Source of the DNA: Synergistaceae bacterium
GTDB taxonomy: Bacteria; Synergistota; Synergistia; Synergistales; Synergistaceae
Assembly: GCA_963682045.1 (NCBI GenBank)
Contig: OY821326.1
Coordinates: 1,293,211 to 1,357,210 of the forward strand
Length of the DNA: 64,000 nucleotides
Direction: 5' to 3'
Each line of letters opens with the position of its first letter. Positions within the stretch are counted from its first letter, which is position 1. The translations under genes were made by a program, and so were the position numbers. The notes under the pieces were generated by a model that saw only the letters and a list, made by a program, of their open reading frames with translations, made no database searches and was not told where the DNA came from. Shown here piece after piece: positions 18,260 through 29,079 of this stretch.

Positions 18260-18291
18260 GTCTCTATCATCAACATACAGGAGGACATGAT

Positions 18292-18816
18292 ATGAAAAAC
18301 ACTTTTACCATCCTATCTGAAGACAATCCAGGAGTTCTTATGAGAATAGCCGGATTGATCTATCGGAGGGGCTACAACATTGAGAGCCTCAGCGTAGGAC
18401 AGACAGATACTCCCGGAATATCAAGATTTACGATCGTTATTGAGGGTGAAGAGGGTGTTTATGACCAAATCAGAAAACAGCTTCTTAAGCTCATTGAGGT
18501 CATAGAGGTCACAAACCTTACACAGGAAGGGCCGTTTGTGGAGCGTTGGCTCGCCCTTGTAAAGGTCAGGGCTCCCCTTGACAGGCGTCCTCACGTTCTT
18601 CAGACAGCAGAGGTATTCCGCTGCAGGGTCGTAGACCTGGGAACAGAAGCTGTGACACTTGAGATAACGGGAGACAAGGGAAAGATGATCGCCTGCATGG
18701 AAGCTTTTAGGCCTTACGGAATAATTGAGACAGCGGGTTCGGGGCAGGTGGCTCTTTCACGTTCCGGGTTTGTTCCCGAAGAGTTGGTTGAAACAGGTTT
18801 TGCAGCAATCAAATAA
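18292..18816 (+). CDS. ilvN: acetolactate synthase small (regulatory, ACT-domain) subunit
   Basis: 174 aa from ATG 18292 (CAGGAGGA RBS) with the ACT motif region LSEDNPGVLMRIAGLIYRRGYNIESLSV. The longer track ORF start at 18214 lies inside the terminator. Confidence 0.85.
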   Translation: MKNTFTILSEDNPGVLMRIAGLIYRRGYNIESLSVGQTDTPGISRFTIVIEGEEGVYDQIRKQLLKLIEVIEVTNLTQEGPFVERWLALVKVRAPLDRRPHVLQTAEVFRCRVVDLGTEAVTLEITGDKGKMIACMEAFRPYGIIETAGSGQVALSRSGFVPEELVETGFAAIK

Positions 18817-18912
18817 TTTCCATGATCGTTATGACGAGGCCTCAAAGAGACCCAAGCATAAATAGATAACATAATTTTAAATGTCCAGCAGGACAGAAGG
18901 AGTGTTTTTGTT

Positions 18913-19923
18913 ATGGCAAAAGTATATTACGACCGCGACGCAGACCTTAGTTTTCTCGATGGAAAGACTATAACGATAATCGGTTATGGAAGCCAGGGGC
19001 ACGCACACGCACAGAATCTCCGCGATAGCGGAGCAAATGTGATCGTAGCCCTCCACGAGGGAAGTAAGTCAAAGGTGACCGCGGAGAAAGATGGTTTTGA
19101 AGTCTGCACTGTTTCAGAGGCTGCAAAGAAATCCGATGTAATGATGTTCCTCATGCCTGACCATCTGCAGGCATCTATATACAAAAACGAAGTGCTCCCC
19201 AACCTTAAGAAGGGAGCAAAACTTGCTTTCGCACACGGATTCGCAGTCCACTTCGGACAGATAGTACCCGAGCCCGACCGCGATGTCTTCATGGTAGCAC
19301 CCAAGGGACCGGGACACATGGTGCGTCACATGTATAAAGAAGGAAAGGGCGTACCCTGCCTCATCGCGATCTACCAGGACGCATCCGGCAAAGCGAAGGA
19401 CTTCGCCCTTGCATATGCGTCCGGTGTAGGCGGAGGAAGGGCCGGGATCATAGAGACCTCGTTCCGTGAAGAGACAGAGACAGACCTCTTCGGAGAACAG
19501 GCGGTCCTCTGCGGCGGAGTCAGCGAGCTCATGCAGGCAGGATTCCAGACCCTCGTAGAAGCAGGCTACCAGCCTGAGATGGCTTACTTCGAATGCATCA
19601 ACGAACTCAAACTGATCGTTGACATGGTTTTCGAGGGCGGTCTCAGCTGGATGCGCTATTCAGTAAGCGACACCGCGAAGTACGGCGATATGATAGCCGG
19701 ACCGCGAGTGATCGGCGAGGAATCAAAGAAGGCAATGAAACAGCTTCTGACAGAGATCCAGGACGGGACCTTCGCACGCGACTGGATACTTGAGAACCAG
19801 ACAGGCCGCCCCCGCATGAAGAAATGGGCAAAGGCCGCCCAGGAAGCTGAATGTGAAGGGGTAGGAAAAGAACTCCGCAAGATGATGCCCTGGATGGAGC
19901 AGAAAGAAATACCCCGGTTCTAA
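18913..19923 (+). CDS. ilvC: ketol-acid reductoisomerase
   Basis: 336 aa with typical class I KARI sequence ([27 protein letters not shown]). Confidence 0.95.
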   Translation: MAKVYYDRDADLSFLDGKTITIIGYGSQGHAHAQNLRDSGANVIVALHEGSKSKVTAEKDGFEVCTVSEAAKKSDVMMFLMPDHLQASIYKNEVLPNLKKGAKLAFAHGFAVHFGQIVPEPDRDVFMVAPKGPGHMVRHMYKEGKGVPCLIAIYQDASGKAKDFALAYASGVGGGRAGIIETSFREETETDLFGEQAVLCGGVSELMQAGFQTLVEAGYQPEMAYFECINELKLIVDMVFEGGLSWMRYSVSDTAKYGDMIAGPRVIGEESKKAMKQLLTEIQDGTFARDWILENQTGRPRMKKWAKAAQEAECEGVGKELRKMMPWMEQKEIPRF

Positions 19924-20065
19924 TAACAACATTACAGAAGCGGTGAGCGCTTATCCTGACCGGGCGGCATGACAACAATAAAAACAGAAAAACATCATCC
20001 GCCCGCTCCTCGCTTCTCACGGCATAATCAGCCGATTTCACTACCTTAATAAAGGAGAGAACGAC

Positions 20066-21619
20066 ATGATAGATCGCGTACGAATTTTTGACACAACACT
20101 CAGAGACGGAGAACAGGCTGCAAGGATCAATCTCAACAAGGGAGAAAAGCTCCAGATTGCCCGTCAGCTGGCCCGACTTGGTGTTGATGTCATAGAGGCG
20201 GGTTTCCCCGCTTCGTCACCCGGCGACTTTGAATCCGTACAGGCAATAGCCCGTGAGATAAAGGGCCCGATAATAGCTGGGCTTGCGAGAACCAGATCAG
20301 AGGATATAAGAAGCGCAGCAGAAGCTGTAAAGGACGCTGACCGCCCGCGTATACACACGTTTATAGCGACAAGCCCGATACACATGGAGTATAAACTGAA
20401 GCTTGATAAAGAGGGTGTACTTGCAGAGGTCCGGAGCGCCGTGAGCCTGGCAAAGTCACTGATTGACGATGTTGAATTTTCTGCCGAAGACGCAAGCCGT
20501 TCTGAGGTACCGTTCCTCATCGAAGTCTTTAAAACAGCCATAGAGTGCGGGGCAACGACCCTCAATATCCCGGATACAGTAGGGTATGCACAGCCTGATG
20601 AGTTTTACTCTTTTGTTAAAGAGATCATCAGCGGAGTCAATCCTCCGGAAAATATAGTCTGGTCCGTACACTGCCATAACGATCTCGGGCTCGGGGTCGC
20701 AAACTCACTGGCCGCGGTAAGGGCAGGGGCAAGACAGATCGAATGCACTATCAACGGTCTCGGAGAACGTGCAGGAAATGCCTCAATGGAAGAGATAGTA
20801 ATGGCTCTTAACACAAGGCAGGACCAGTATCCCTCCAAGACAACAATTGACACGACAAAGCTCTACAGCACCAGCAAGCTTGTAGCTCATCTTACCGGAG
20901 TTATGGTACAGCCGAACAAAGCAATAGTAGGACTGAACGCTTTCGCTCATGAAGCTGGCATACACCAGCACGGAATGCTCTGCAACAGGGCAACGTATGA
21001 GATTATGACCCCTGAAACTGTAGGAGCTCCGGGGTCTGACCTCGTCCTCGGCAAACACTCGGGTCGCCACGCATTCAGGGATCGGGTAGAAAACATGGGT
21101 TACCAGCTTTCAAAAGAAGACATTGAGACAGGGTTTACTTACTTCAAAGAACTCTGCGACAAGAAAAAAGACGTGAGCGACGGCGACATCGAAGCCCTGA
21201 TGCTTGACAGGGTCCTCTCTTTCGTGCCTGAGAGAAGGTACATCCTCAAGGACTATGCGGTACATGTAGGCACAGGAAGCAAACCGACCGCCAGCGTCAC
21301 CCTGACATCGGGCGATGACGACTACACTGAAGCGGCAGTAGGCAACGGACCAGTAGATGCATCCTACAACGCTGTGAAGAAAATCCTCGGATTCTCCCCG
21401 CAGCTGAAGGGATTCAGGATAGGGGCAACGAGTGAACGTTCAGATGCTCAGGGGGAAACCAGGATAGTTCTCCACCATAAAGACATCCAGGCCCAGGGAC
21501 GCGGAACCAGCACGGACGTCATTGAATCGTCCATCCGCGCTTATGTGGACGCAATAAACAGACTGTACGCTGCGGCTGCAGCAAGGGAGATAAAACTAAA
21601 TGGGCATGACTCTCGCTGA
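20066..21619 (+). CDS. leuA: 2-isopropylmalate synthase
   Basis: 517 aa with the motifs IFDTTLRDGEQ and HCHNDLGLGVANSLAAV, plus a C-terminal LeuA dimerisation/regulatory domain. Confidence 0.9.
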   Translation: MIDRVRIFDTTLRDGEQAARINLNKGEKLQIARQLARLGVDVIEAGFPASSPGDFESVQAIAREIKGPIIAGLARTRSEDIRSAAEAVKDADRPRIHTFIATSPIHMEYKLKLDKEGVLAEVRSAVSLAKSLIDDVEFSAEDASRSEVPFLIEVFKTAIECGATTLNIPDTVGYAQPDEFYSFVKEIISGVNPPENIVWSVHCHNDLGLGVANSLAAVRAGARQIECTINGLGERAGNASMEEIVMALNTRQDQYPSKTTIDTTKLYSTSKLVAHLTGVMVQPNKAIVGLNAFAHEAGIHQHGMLCNRATYEIMTPETVGAPGSDLVLGKHSGRHAFRDRVENMGYQLSKEDIETGFTYFKELCDKKKDVSDGDIEALMLDRVLSFVPERRYILKDYAVHVGTGSKPTASVTLTSGDDDYTEAAVGNGPVDASYNAVKKILGFSPQLKGFRIGATSERSDAQGETRIVLHHKDIQAQGRGTSTDVIESSIRAYVDAINRLYAAAAAREIKLNGHDSR

Positions 21620-22859
21620 GGCGATAATAGCAAAGCATACCAAGGACCCTGTTGAAACAGGCTCCATCTGCCGTGTCAGCGTAGATTTCGCTTTCACGAA
21701 CGACATAACCGGCCCCCCCGCGATAAAAGAATTCAGGAAAATGGGGGCGAAAAAGGTCTTCGACCCTGCGCGCTGCGCAATTTTACCCGACCATTTCTCG
21801 CCGGCAAAGGACATCGCTTCTGCAGAGCAGATCAAGGAGTGCCGTGAATTTGCATACGAACAGGACATGCTTTTCTGGGAAGTAGGCAGGGTCGGGGTCG
21901 AACACGCCTTCCTTCCTGAAAACGGGCTCGTCCTTCCGGGAGAAATAGTTCTCGGCGCTGACAGTCACACCTGCACGCACGGAGCTATGGGAGCACTTGC
22001 AACAGGAGTAGGTTCGACTGACCTCGCAGCTGCATGGGCTTTGGGTGAAACCTGGCTCAGAGTACCTGAGACCATGAAGGTCTCTTATGAAGGGACTCCG
22101 TCGGAATGGATCTGCGGCAAGGACATGATACTCGCTCTGATAGGAAAGATCGGGGTAGAGGGAGCCCGCTACATGGCCCTCGAATTCCACGGAGAGGCTC
22201 TTGGAAAGCTTGGGCTTGATGACAGGTTCACCCTGTCAAACATGGCCATTGAAGCAGGGGGAAAGACAGGTCTGATAAACCCCGATGAGAAACTCCTCCA
22301 ATACGCCCGCGAACGTGCGGCGAGGCATTTTGAGCCGATCTTTGCCGATAAGGACGCAGTCTATGCAGCTTCCCTCACGATAGATGTGACAGATATGGAA
22401 CCTCAGGTGGCAATGCCGCACCTGCCTGAAAATGTAAAACCTGTATCTGAGGCGGCAGGAACACCTGTCGACCAGGTCTTCATCGGCTCCTGCACCAACG
22501 GCAGAATCAGCGACTTAAGAAGCGCTGCCAGGATACTCAAAGGAAAGAAAGTACACAAGAAGACAAGGCTTATGGTCATCCCGGCATCTTACGAGATCTA
22601 CCGCCAGGCGATGAAAGAAGGGCTTTTTGACATATTCCTCGACGCAGGAGCAGCGATCTCGACCCCAAGCTGCGGTCCATGTCTCGGAGGCCACCTCGGT
22701 ATCCTTGCCGCAGGCGAACGCTGCATATCAACAAGCAACAGGAACTTCGTAGGCAGGATGGGTTCGCCCAAAAGCGAGGTAGTTCTGGCCGGTCCTATGG
22801 TAGCGGCAGCATCCGCAGTTGCAGGCTACATCTGCCATCCAAAAGAAATAATGGAATAG
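21600..22859 (+). CDS. leuC: 3-isopropylmalate dehydratase large subunit
   Basis: 419 aa, aconitase-family, with Cys ligand motifs (GADSHT, GSCTNGR, CGPCLG). Confidence 0.9.
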   Translation: MGMTLAEAIIAKHTKDPVETGSICRVSVDFAFTNDITGPPAIKEFRKMGAKKVFDPARCAILPDHFSPAKDIASAEQIKECREFAYEQDMLFWEVGRVGVEHAFLPENGLVLPGEIVLGADSHTCTHGAMGALATGVGSTDLAAAWALGETWLRVPETMKVSYEGTPSEWICGKDMILALIGKIGVEGARYMALEFHGEALGKLGLDDRFTLSNMAIEAGGKTGLINPDEKLLQYARERAARHFEPIFADKDAVYAASLTIDVTDMEPQVAMPHLPENVKPVSEAAGTPVDQVFIGSCTNGRISDLRSAARILKGKKVHKKTRLMVIPASYEIYRQAMKEGLFDIFLDAGAAISTPSCGPCLGGHLGILAAGERCISTSNRNFVGRMGSPKSEVVLAGPMVAAASAVAGYICHPKEIME

Positions 22860-22870
22860 GAGGCAAAGAG

Positions 22871-23368
22871 ATGGAGACGAAATTAAAAGGAAACACCTGG
22901 GTTTATGGCGACAACGTTGACACTGACGTAATAATCCCCGCAAGATACCTTGTTACAAGCGACGAAAGATCTCTGGCTGCCCACTGCATGGAAGATATTG
23001 ATGAGACTTATGCAAAAGGAGTATCGAAGGGCGACGTTATAACCGCAGGCAACAATTTCGGCTGCGGCTCAAGCAGGGAACACGCCCCTATCGCAATAAA
23101 AGGATCCGGTGCATCCTGTGTTATAGCAAAATCATTCGCACGGATATTCTACCGGAACGCAATAAATATCGGTCTCCCGATCCTTGAATGCACGGAGACA
23201 GACCGCATTGCAAAAGGAGATCTCCTTGAGATAGACCTGACAAAAGGAACTATTACAAACAGAACAAAGGGCGAGACGTACCATGCCAAGCCTTTCCCTG
23301 AATTCCTGCAGAGCCTCATCGGTCTTGGGGGGCTGGTCCCCTACGTCAGGGCAAGACTTTCTGAATAA
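22871..23368 (+). CDS. leuD: 3-isopropylmalate dehydratase small subunit
   Basis: 165 aa from ATG 22871 ([27 protein letters not shown]; GCGSSREHA). The longer track ORF overlaps leuC out of context. Confidence 0.9.
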   Translation: METKLKGNTWVYGDNVDTDVIIPARYLVTSDERSLAAHCMEDIDETYAKGVSKGDVITAGNNFGCGSSREHAPIAIKGSGASCVIAKSFARIFYRNAINIGLPILECTETDRIAKGDLLEIDLTKGTITNRTKGETYHAKPFPEFLQSLIGLGGLVPYVRARLSE

Positions 23369-23382
23369 GGACGGTAATCAAA

Positions 23383-24510
23383 ATGAAAACATATAAGATA
23401 GCGGTCATACCCGGTGACGGGATAGGCCCCGAAGTGATCGGGGAAACCATAAAAGTTCTTGAAAAATCCGGCGAAAAATTCGGCTTTTCTTTCGAGTGGG
23501 GAAAATATCCCTACGGGGCAGGGCACTACCTGGCGACAGGGGAGGTCATTCCTGAAGAGGCAATGGAAGAGATGTCGAAATGCGATGCCATGCTCCTCGG
23601 CGCTATCGGCGACCCGAGGGTAAAGCCCGGCATCCTGGAACAGGGCATCCTGCTTGCCTTCCGCTTCCGCTTTGATCAGTATGTCAATCTGCGCCCCGCC
23701 TTTTCACTGCCGAAAGTCCACACCCCCGTCGACCTCAAGGGGGCGAAAATGGATTCTGTTGTGGTCCGTGAAAACACTGAAGACCTTTACATGTGCATAG
23801 GTGGAACTACAGAAACAGGTGTGCTTGAACTTCCGGTAGATGTCAGCAGGGGCAAATATGAACTCAAAGGCATGGTAAACCTCAAAACAGATCCTGGATT
23901 TCCTTTCGCAGCCCAGGCTGCTATCAACAGCAGACCGGGCGTGGAAAGGATCACGAGATACGCATGTGAGCTTGCAAAAAAACGCGGAGAAGATACTGTG
24001 ACTGTCGTATCTAAATCCAACGCAGTCTCTGCCCTCTACGGATTCTTCGAAGAAACAGCAAAAAGGGTAATGGCAGAGGAATACCCTGGACTCAAATATG
24101 CCATGGTAAACGTGGATGCCCTCTGCTACCACCTGGTCCGCAACCCGGCGGCTTACGGAGTACTGCTTTGTCCGAACCTCTTCGGTGATATAATCAGCGA
24201 CCTGCAGGCCGGACTGGCAGGAGGACTCGGTACAGCCGCGGGAGGAAACATCGGGGACGGCCTTTCGATGTTTGAGCCGGTACACGGCTCTGCGCCTGAC
24301 ATTGCAGGCACAGGCAGGTCAAATCCTGTTGCGGCGATACTTTCAGGAGCCCTGATGCTGGAACATCTTGGGGAACAGGAAGCCTCTAAAGCTGTAAACT
24401 GCGCCGTATCAAATTTCCTTGAAAATGCAGATGAAAATGAGCTACCATTTGAATTCGGCGGGACAGCCGCCTTTGACCAGGTGGGAGAGGGTATCAGAAA
24501 GTATATTTAG
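23383..24510 (+). CDS. leuB: 3-isopropylmalate dehydrogenase (isocitrate/isopropylmalate dehydrogenase family)
   Basis: 375 aa (IAVIPGDGIGPEV, NLFGDIISD). Function is assigned from the operon context. Confidence 0.8.
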   Translation: MKTYKIAVIPGDGIGPEVIGETIKVLEKSGEKFGFSFEWGKYPYGAGHYLATGEVIPEEAMEEMSKCDAMLLGAIGDPRVKPGILEQGILLAFRFRFDQYVNLRPAFSLPKVHTPVDLKGAKMDSVVVRENTEDLYMCIGGTTETGVLELPVDVSRGKYELKGMVNLKTDPGFPFAAQAAINSRPGVERITRYACELAKKRGEDTVTVVSKSNAVSALYGFFEETAKRVMAEEYPGLKYAMVNVDALCYHLVRNPAAYGVLLCPNLFGDIISDLQAGLAGGLGTAAGGNIGDGLSMFEPVHGSAPDIAGTGRSNPVAAILSGALMLEHLGEQEASKAVNCAVSNFLENADENELPFEFGGTAAFDQVGEGIRKYI

Positions 24511-24578
24511 CAAAGTTACACACCAGCCACTGATCTGAGGCTCGGGTGGTGTCGCTTTTACAATAGGAGGTATTTCCA

Positions 24579-26261
24579 ATGGCTAAAATGAACGGAGCCC
24601 AGATGGTGGTCAAGTCCCTTGAAGCAGAAGGTGTGGACACAATATTCGGACTGCCCGGCGGAACTGTTATCCATCTTTATGACGCAATATATGACTCAAA
24701 GATCAACCACGTGCTGATGCGCCATGAACAGGCAGCTTCGCATGCCGCTGACGGATATGCGAGAGTGAGCGGAAAACCCGGGGTATGCATAGCCACATCC
24801 GGTCCCGGAGCAACAAATCTGGTGACCGGTATCGCTACTGCAAATCTGGACTCCGTTCCTATGGTCGCTATCACCGGACAGGTAGCAACCACGGTGATCG
24901 GAACAGACGCCTTTCAGGAGGCAGACATCATGGGAGCTACTATCCCACTTGTGAAGCACAGCATGCAGGTGAGGACTCCGGAACAAATACCCACCGCAGT
25001 AAAAAAGGCTTTTTACATCGCCTCTACGGGAAGGCCGGGCCCTGTCCTGATAGATGTACCAGCGGATGTACAGAAAGGTTTCGCAGAATTTGAATACCCC
25101 GAAAACATAAGCTTCCTGGGGTATGACCCTGAGATGGGATCGGACCTTTCTCAGCTTAACAACGCTGTCTCACTTCTAGAACATGCAGAGAGACCTGTTA
25201 TTTTTGCGGGAGGCGGCGTAATAAGGTCAGGAGCAGCCGGAAAACTTACAGAACTCGCTGAGAAGCTGGAGATACCGGTAGTGACATCCCTCCTTGGAAA
25301 GGGAGCTTTCCCGGAATCACATCCGCTGGGGCTCTCCCTCGGAATGGCAGGGATGCACGGTCATCCTGTAGCTAACAGGGCACTCATGACAGCCGATGTC
25401 ATCCTCGCGATCGGATCCCGTTTCAGCGACAGGACCACGGGAAAGAGATCGAGCTTTGCCTCGGAGGCAAAAATAATCCATATCGACCTCGACCCTGCAG
25501 AGATAGATAAGGCTATAGGTTCTGAAGTCTGGCTTGTGGGCGACGCAGGTAAGATCATTGATGCGATCACAAGCTCAATGAAGAAAAAATACTTCGACCG
25601 TTCAAGCTGGCTTGAAGAGCTTGAGATGATACGGCAGAAAGAGCCTCTCCCCAGAAACGAATACGCAGGAGAGATAGCTCCCTGGCAGGTGATAGAATCT
25701 CTGCGCGAGATAACCGGTGGTAAATCAGTGCTTACGACAGAGGTAGGCCAGCACCAAATGTGGGCAGCTCTCCACTACAAAGTCGAAGAACCGCGCCGCT
25801 TCGTGACATCAGGAGGTCTCGGGACCATGGGATTCGGCTTTCCCGCCGCGATAGGAGCTGCGCTAGCATGTCCCGACCAGCACGTCTGCTGCATCGCAGG
25901 TGACGGGAGTTTTATGATGAATATCCAGGAGCTCGACACCTGTGCGCGGTACAATATACCTGTCAAGGTTTTCATCCTCAACAATTCATGCCTTGGCATG
26001 GTCCGTCAGTGGCAGCAGCTCTTTTATGAGCACCGTTACTCCAATACTATATACAACCGTAATCCTGATTTCGTAAAAATTGCAGAGGGTATGGGAGTAA
26101 GCGGTTTCTCAGCTACCAGACCGGAAGAGATAAGAAAAACGATCGAGGCGGCTTTGAACGTACCGGGGCCAGCACTTGTAGATTTCAGGATCCCGCAGGG
26201 GGCGCTCGTGCTTCCCATGGTCCCTCCGGGCGGATCGATAGACAAAATGATACTTAACTGA
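24579..26261 (+). CDS. ilvB: acetolactate synthase large (catalytic, ThDP) subunit
   Basis: 560 aa with a ThDP-binding motif ([16 protein letters not shown]...GDGSFMMN). Confidence 0.9.
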   Translation: MAKMNGAQMVVKSLEAEGVDTIFGLPGGTVIHLYDAIYDSKINHVLMRHEQAASHAADGYARVSGKPGVCIATSGPGATNLVTGIATANLDSVPMVAITGQVATTVIGTDAFQEADIMGATIPLVKHSMQVRTPEQIPTAVKKAFYIASTGRPGPVLIDVPADVQKGFAEFEYPENISFLGYDPEMGSDLSQLNNAVSLLEHAERPVIFAGGGVIRSGAAGKLTELAEKLEIPVVTSLLGKGAFPESHPLGLSLGMAGMHGHPVANRALMTADVILAIGSRFSDRTTGKRSSFASEAKIIHIDLDPAEIDKAIGSEVWLVGDAGKIIDAITSSMKKKYFDRSSWLEELEMIRQKEPLPRNEYAGEIAPWQVIESLREITGGKSVLTTEVGQHQMWAALHYKVEEPRRFVTSGGLGTMGFGFPAAIGAALACPDQHVCCIAGDGSFMMNIQELDTCARYNIPVKVFILNNSCLGMVRQWQQLFYEHRYSNTIYNRNPDFVKIAEGMGVSGFSATRPEEIRKTIEAALNVPGPALVDFRIPQGALVLPMVPPGGSIDKMILN

Positions 26262-26277
26262 GGGGAAGGATCTAAGA

Positions 26278-27942
26278 ATGAACAGCGACAAGGCAAAAAA
26301 GGGTTATCAGAGAAGCCCTCACCGCTCCCTGCTTAAGGCGGCGGGATATACGGACTGGGAGATAGAGCGCCCATGGATAGGCGTTGCGAACTCTTACAAC
26401 GCCATAATACCGGGACACGTTCATCTTAAGACCATAACAGAGGCTGTAAAGGCCGGCATATACGCTGCCGGCGGACTCCCAATAGAATTTCCTGTGATAG
26501 GAGTCTGCGATGGCATAGCAATGAACCATGAGGGCATGAAGTTTTCTCTCCCAAGCCGCGAGCTGATCATGGACTCCATCGAGGTCATGGCCCGCGGACA
26601 TGCCTTCGACGGTCTTGTCCTCGTTACAAACTGCGACAAGATAGTCCCCGGAATGGCAATGGCTGCAGGCAAACTCAACCTCCCTTCCGTTGTGATCTCC
26701 GGCGGCCCGATGATGGCAGGCACCATGAAGGGCAGGGTCCTTGACCTCAACAGTGTTTTTGAAGGAGTCGGGATGAAGGCGGCAGGTAAAATTTCAGATG
26801 AAGAACTAAGGGATGTCGAAGACAACGCCTGTCCCGGGTGCGGATCATGTTCAGGAATGTTCACGGCAAACACCATGAACTGCATGATGGAGGCCCTTGG
26901 GCTTGGACTCACCGGAAACGGCACAATTCCGGCCGTCCATGCCGGACGTGTCAGGCTAGCTAAAGATGCAGGACGGGCAATAATGACACTCGTTGAAAAG
27001 AACATAAGGCCAAGGGATATCCTTACGATGGAAGCCTTTGAAAACGCACTTGCCGTCGATCTCGCCCTTGGAGGATCCACTAACACTTCTCTCCACCTTC
27101 CTGCAATCGCATGGGCGGCAGGACTGAAACTCCCGCTTGAACTCTTCAACGAGATTGGGGCAAGGGTCCCTCATCTCTGTTCAATGAGCCCAGGCGGACA
27201 TCATCACATAGAAGACCTCTGGCAGGCAGGGGGAGTCGAGGGGCTTATGGCGAGACTCCTTGAAAAAGGCCTGATACACGGAGAACTTATAACTGTCACA
27301 GGAAGTACGGTAAAAGAAAACCTCAAAAAGGCAAAGGTCGTAAACGACAGCGTCATCCGCCCGGTGGAGGACCCCTATCACAAAGAAGGCGGACTGGCCT
27401 TTATGAAAGGCACTCTGGCTCCGCTCGGAGCTATCGTAAAACAGTCTGCCGTGCTTCCTGAAATGCTTGTACATGAAGGACCTGCAAGGGTCTTTGACTG
27501 CGAAGAGGAAGCAAGCAAAGCCATCCTGAACAATGAGATAAAGGACGGAGATGTGGTAGTCATCCGTTTTGAAGGACCAAAGGGGGGCCCAGGGATGCGT
27601 GAAATGCTCACACCGACCTCTGCCATAATGGGGCAGGGCAAGGGAGGCACAGTCGCGCTCATAACAGACGGCCGTTTTTCCGGAGCTACAAGAGGCGCTT
27701 CGATCGGACATGTTTCTCCTGAGGCAGCTGTAGGGGGTCCTATAGGACTAGTTGAAGAGGGAGATATCATATCGATCAACATTCCGGCAAAAAGGCTTGA
27801 TCTTAAGGTAAGCGAAAAAGTGCTCGCAAAGAGAAGGGAAAAATTCGTTCCGAAGGTTCAGCCCGTTGACAGCCCCTTTTTGGAAAGATACAGAGAATTC
27901 GCAAGCTCAGGTGTAGAAGGAGCAGTGCTCAGAAAAAAATAA
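26278..27942 (+). CDS. ilvD: dihydroxy-acid dehydratase
   Basis: 554 aa with IlvD/Edd family motifs ([34 protein letters not shown]). Confidence 0.95.
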   Translation: MNSDKAKKGYQRSPHRSLLKAAGYTDWEIERPWIGVANSYNAIIPGHVHLKTITEAVKAGIYAAGGLPIEFPVIGVCDGIAMNHEGMKFSLPSRELIMDSIEVMARGHAFDGLVLVTNCDKIVPGMAMAAGKLNLPSVVISGGPMMAGTMKGRVLDLNSVFEGVGMKAAGKISDEELRDVEDNACPGCGSCSGMFTANTMNCMMEALGLGLTGNGTIPAVHAGRVRLAKDAGRAIMTLVEKNIRPRDILTMEAFENALAVDLALGGSTNTSLHLPAIAWAAGLKLPLELFNEIGARVPHLCSMSPGGHHHIEDLWQAGGVEGLMARLLEKGLIHGELITVTGSTVKENLKKAKVVNDSVIRPVEDPYHKEGGLAFMKGTLAPLGAIVKQSAVLPEMLVHEGPARVFDCEEEASKAILNNEIKDGDVVVIRFEGPKGGPGMREMLTPTSAIMGQGKGGTVALITDGRFSGATRGASIGHVSPEAAVGGPIGLVEEGDIISINIPAKRLDLKVSEKVLAKRREKFVPKVQPVDSPFLERYREFASSGVEGAVLRKK

Positions 27943-28005
27943 GAGTAGAAGCTCCAACGAAAATTTCTCCTGTTATTTCTATGATAAACATACTTACAAT
28001 TTAAA

Positions 28006-28046
28006 GGGGATGCCTGTATTACTGGCATCTCCTCTTTATTTTTGCT
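28006..28046 (+). terminator. putative terminator after ilvD
   Basis: ggggatgcc / ggcatctcc stem (one mismatch), followed by TCTTTATTTTTGCTTTT. Confidence 0.5.
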
Positions 28047-28093
28047 TTTAATCAAACTTTATTCAGCAAATATAAACTTAAACGCCAACATAA

Positions 28094-28132
28094 TGCAACA
28101 TTGTTGCAAAACAAACCATGCTAATTTATAAT
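28094..28132 (+). promoter_or_regulatory. modA promoter with an overlapping perfect palindrome TGCAAC-ATT-GTTGCA
   Basis: The palindrome spans 28094-28108. The -35 TTGCAA (28104-28109), a 17-nt spacer and the -10 TATAAT (28127-28132) follow, so the right half-site overlaps the -35. Confidence 0.55.
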
Positions 28133-28169
28133 TGCCTAATCTAAGTTCAATCATGTCAGGAGGATCATT

Positions 28170-28994
28170 ATGAATATATTTAAAAGGTTATGCAATAGTA
28201 TTTTTACCATCGTTATTTGCGCAGTAATAGCTTTATCCATACCGGCAACAGCTTTTGCCCAGACAGAACTGACCGTATTTGCAGCAGCTTCCATGACAGA
28301 ATCAATGAAATTGGTTGCCGACCAATATAAAAAAACAGCCCCGGACGTTAAAATTATATATAATTTCGACTCCAGCGGTACGCTAAAAACTCAGATAGAA
28401 CAAGGTGCTTTTTGTGATGTTTTTGTTTCAGCAGGACAAAAACAGATGGATCAGTTAGACATAAACGCAAACCCCAAGGTCAATACGAAAAAGCTGGACT
28501 TTATAATGACTGGGACTCGATTCAATGTTGTCTCTAACAAAGTTGTACTCGTAGTTCCCAAAGGACACAACTCCAAGGGAATCAGTGATTTCAAAGATAC
28601 GCTGACCGATAAAGTTTTTATTATTGCACTCGGGAACTCAGATGTTCCTGTCGGCCAATACTCGGAAGAAGTTCTGAAGAGCCTTGGCATTTGGGATAAG
28701 CTAAAGAAAATGAATAAGATAAGCTACGGCAGCAACGTAAAAGAAGTACTTTCGCAAGTTGCTGCAGGAGCAGCTGACTGCGGAATGGTTTACAGTACGG
28801 ATGCTGCTACATCTAATGCGGTAGAAGTTGTTGCAGAGGCTCCCAAGGGCACGCACAGACCAATAACTTATCCTGTCGCTATTTTAAAAGAGACCCAAAA
28901 CCTCGAAGCAGCTACTGCATTTACCAATTTTCTTAAGGGGCCGGAGAGTATAAAGATTTTTACTGGAATCGGCTTTGCAATACCAAGCAAATAA
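28170..28994 (+). CDS. modA: molybdate ABC transporter substrate-binding protein
   Basis: 274 aa with a signal peptide and ModA-like sequence (LTVFAAASM...FDSSGTL...VPVGQY). Confidence 0.85.
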   Translation: MNIFKRLCNSIFTIVICAVIALSIPATAFAQTELTVFAAASMTESMKLVADQYKKTAPDVKIIYNFDSSGTLKTQIEQGAFCDVFVSAGQKQMDQLDINANPKVNTKKLDFIMTGTRFNVVSNKVVLVVPKGHNSKGISDFKDTLTDKVFIIALGNSDVPVGQYSEEVLKSLGIWDKLKKMNKISYGSNVKEVLSQVAAGAADCGMVYSTDAATSNAVEVVAEAPKGTHRPITYPVAILKETQNLEAATAFTNFLKGPESIKIFTGIGFAIPSK

Positions 28995-29079
28995 CGCAAT
29001 CCGATTAGAAAAAAATTCAAAAAGTGGCCATTCCGAAAACGGTCTGGCCACCTTTTGAATTACTGGATAGGGGTAAGAC

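Noticed and set aside
18214-18291. Longer ilvN ORF starting at 18214 (the 200-aa version in the track)
   Set aside because: The extra 26 codons run through the attenuator terminator stem and T-tract and have no RBS. ATG 18292 has a CAGGAGGA RBS and matches the usual IlvN N-terminus.
22679-22870. Longer leuD ORF (229 aa) overlapping the 3' end of leuC
   Set aside because: The extension is Arg/Ser-rich out-of-frame read-through of leuC sequence. ATG 22871 gives a canonical LeuD N-terminus with an RBS.
26421-27149. 242-aa antisense ORF inside ilvD. Similar long antisense ORFs occur at 3726-4298 (speD), 36951-37676 (icd), 50550-51236 (tupA), 23704-24285 (leuB) and 27181-27711 (ilvD).
   Set aside because: All lie fully within strongly supported genes on the other strand. 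Their translations are low-complexity and Ser/Arg/Pro-rich with no recognisable motifs, typical of shadow ORFs.
27943-28169. Moco riboswitch upstream of modA
   Set aside because: There is no CCUCCC...GGAAAGG block or comparable structure. The region contains only the ilvD terminator, the palindrome and a promoter.
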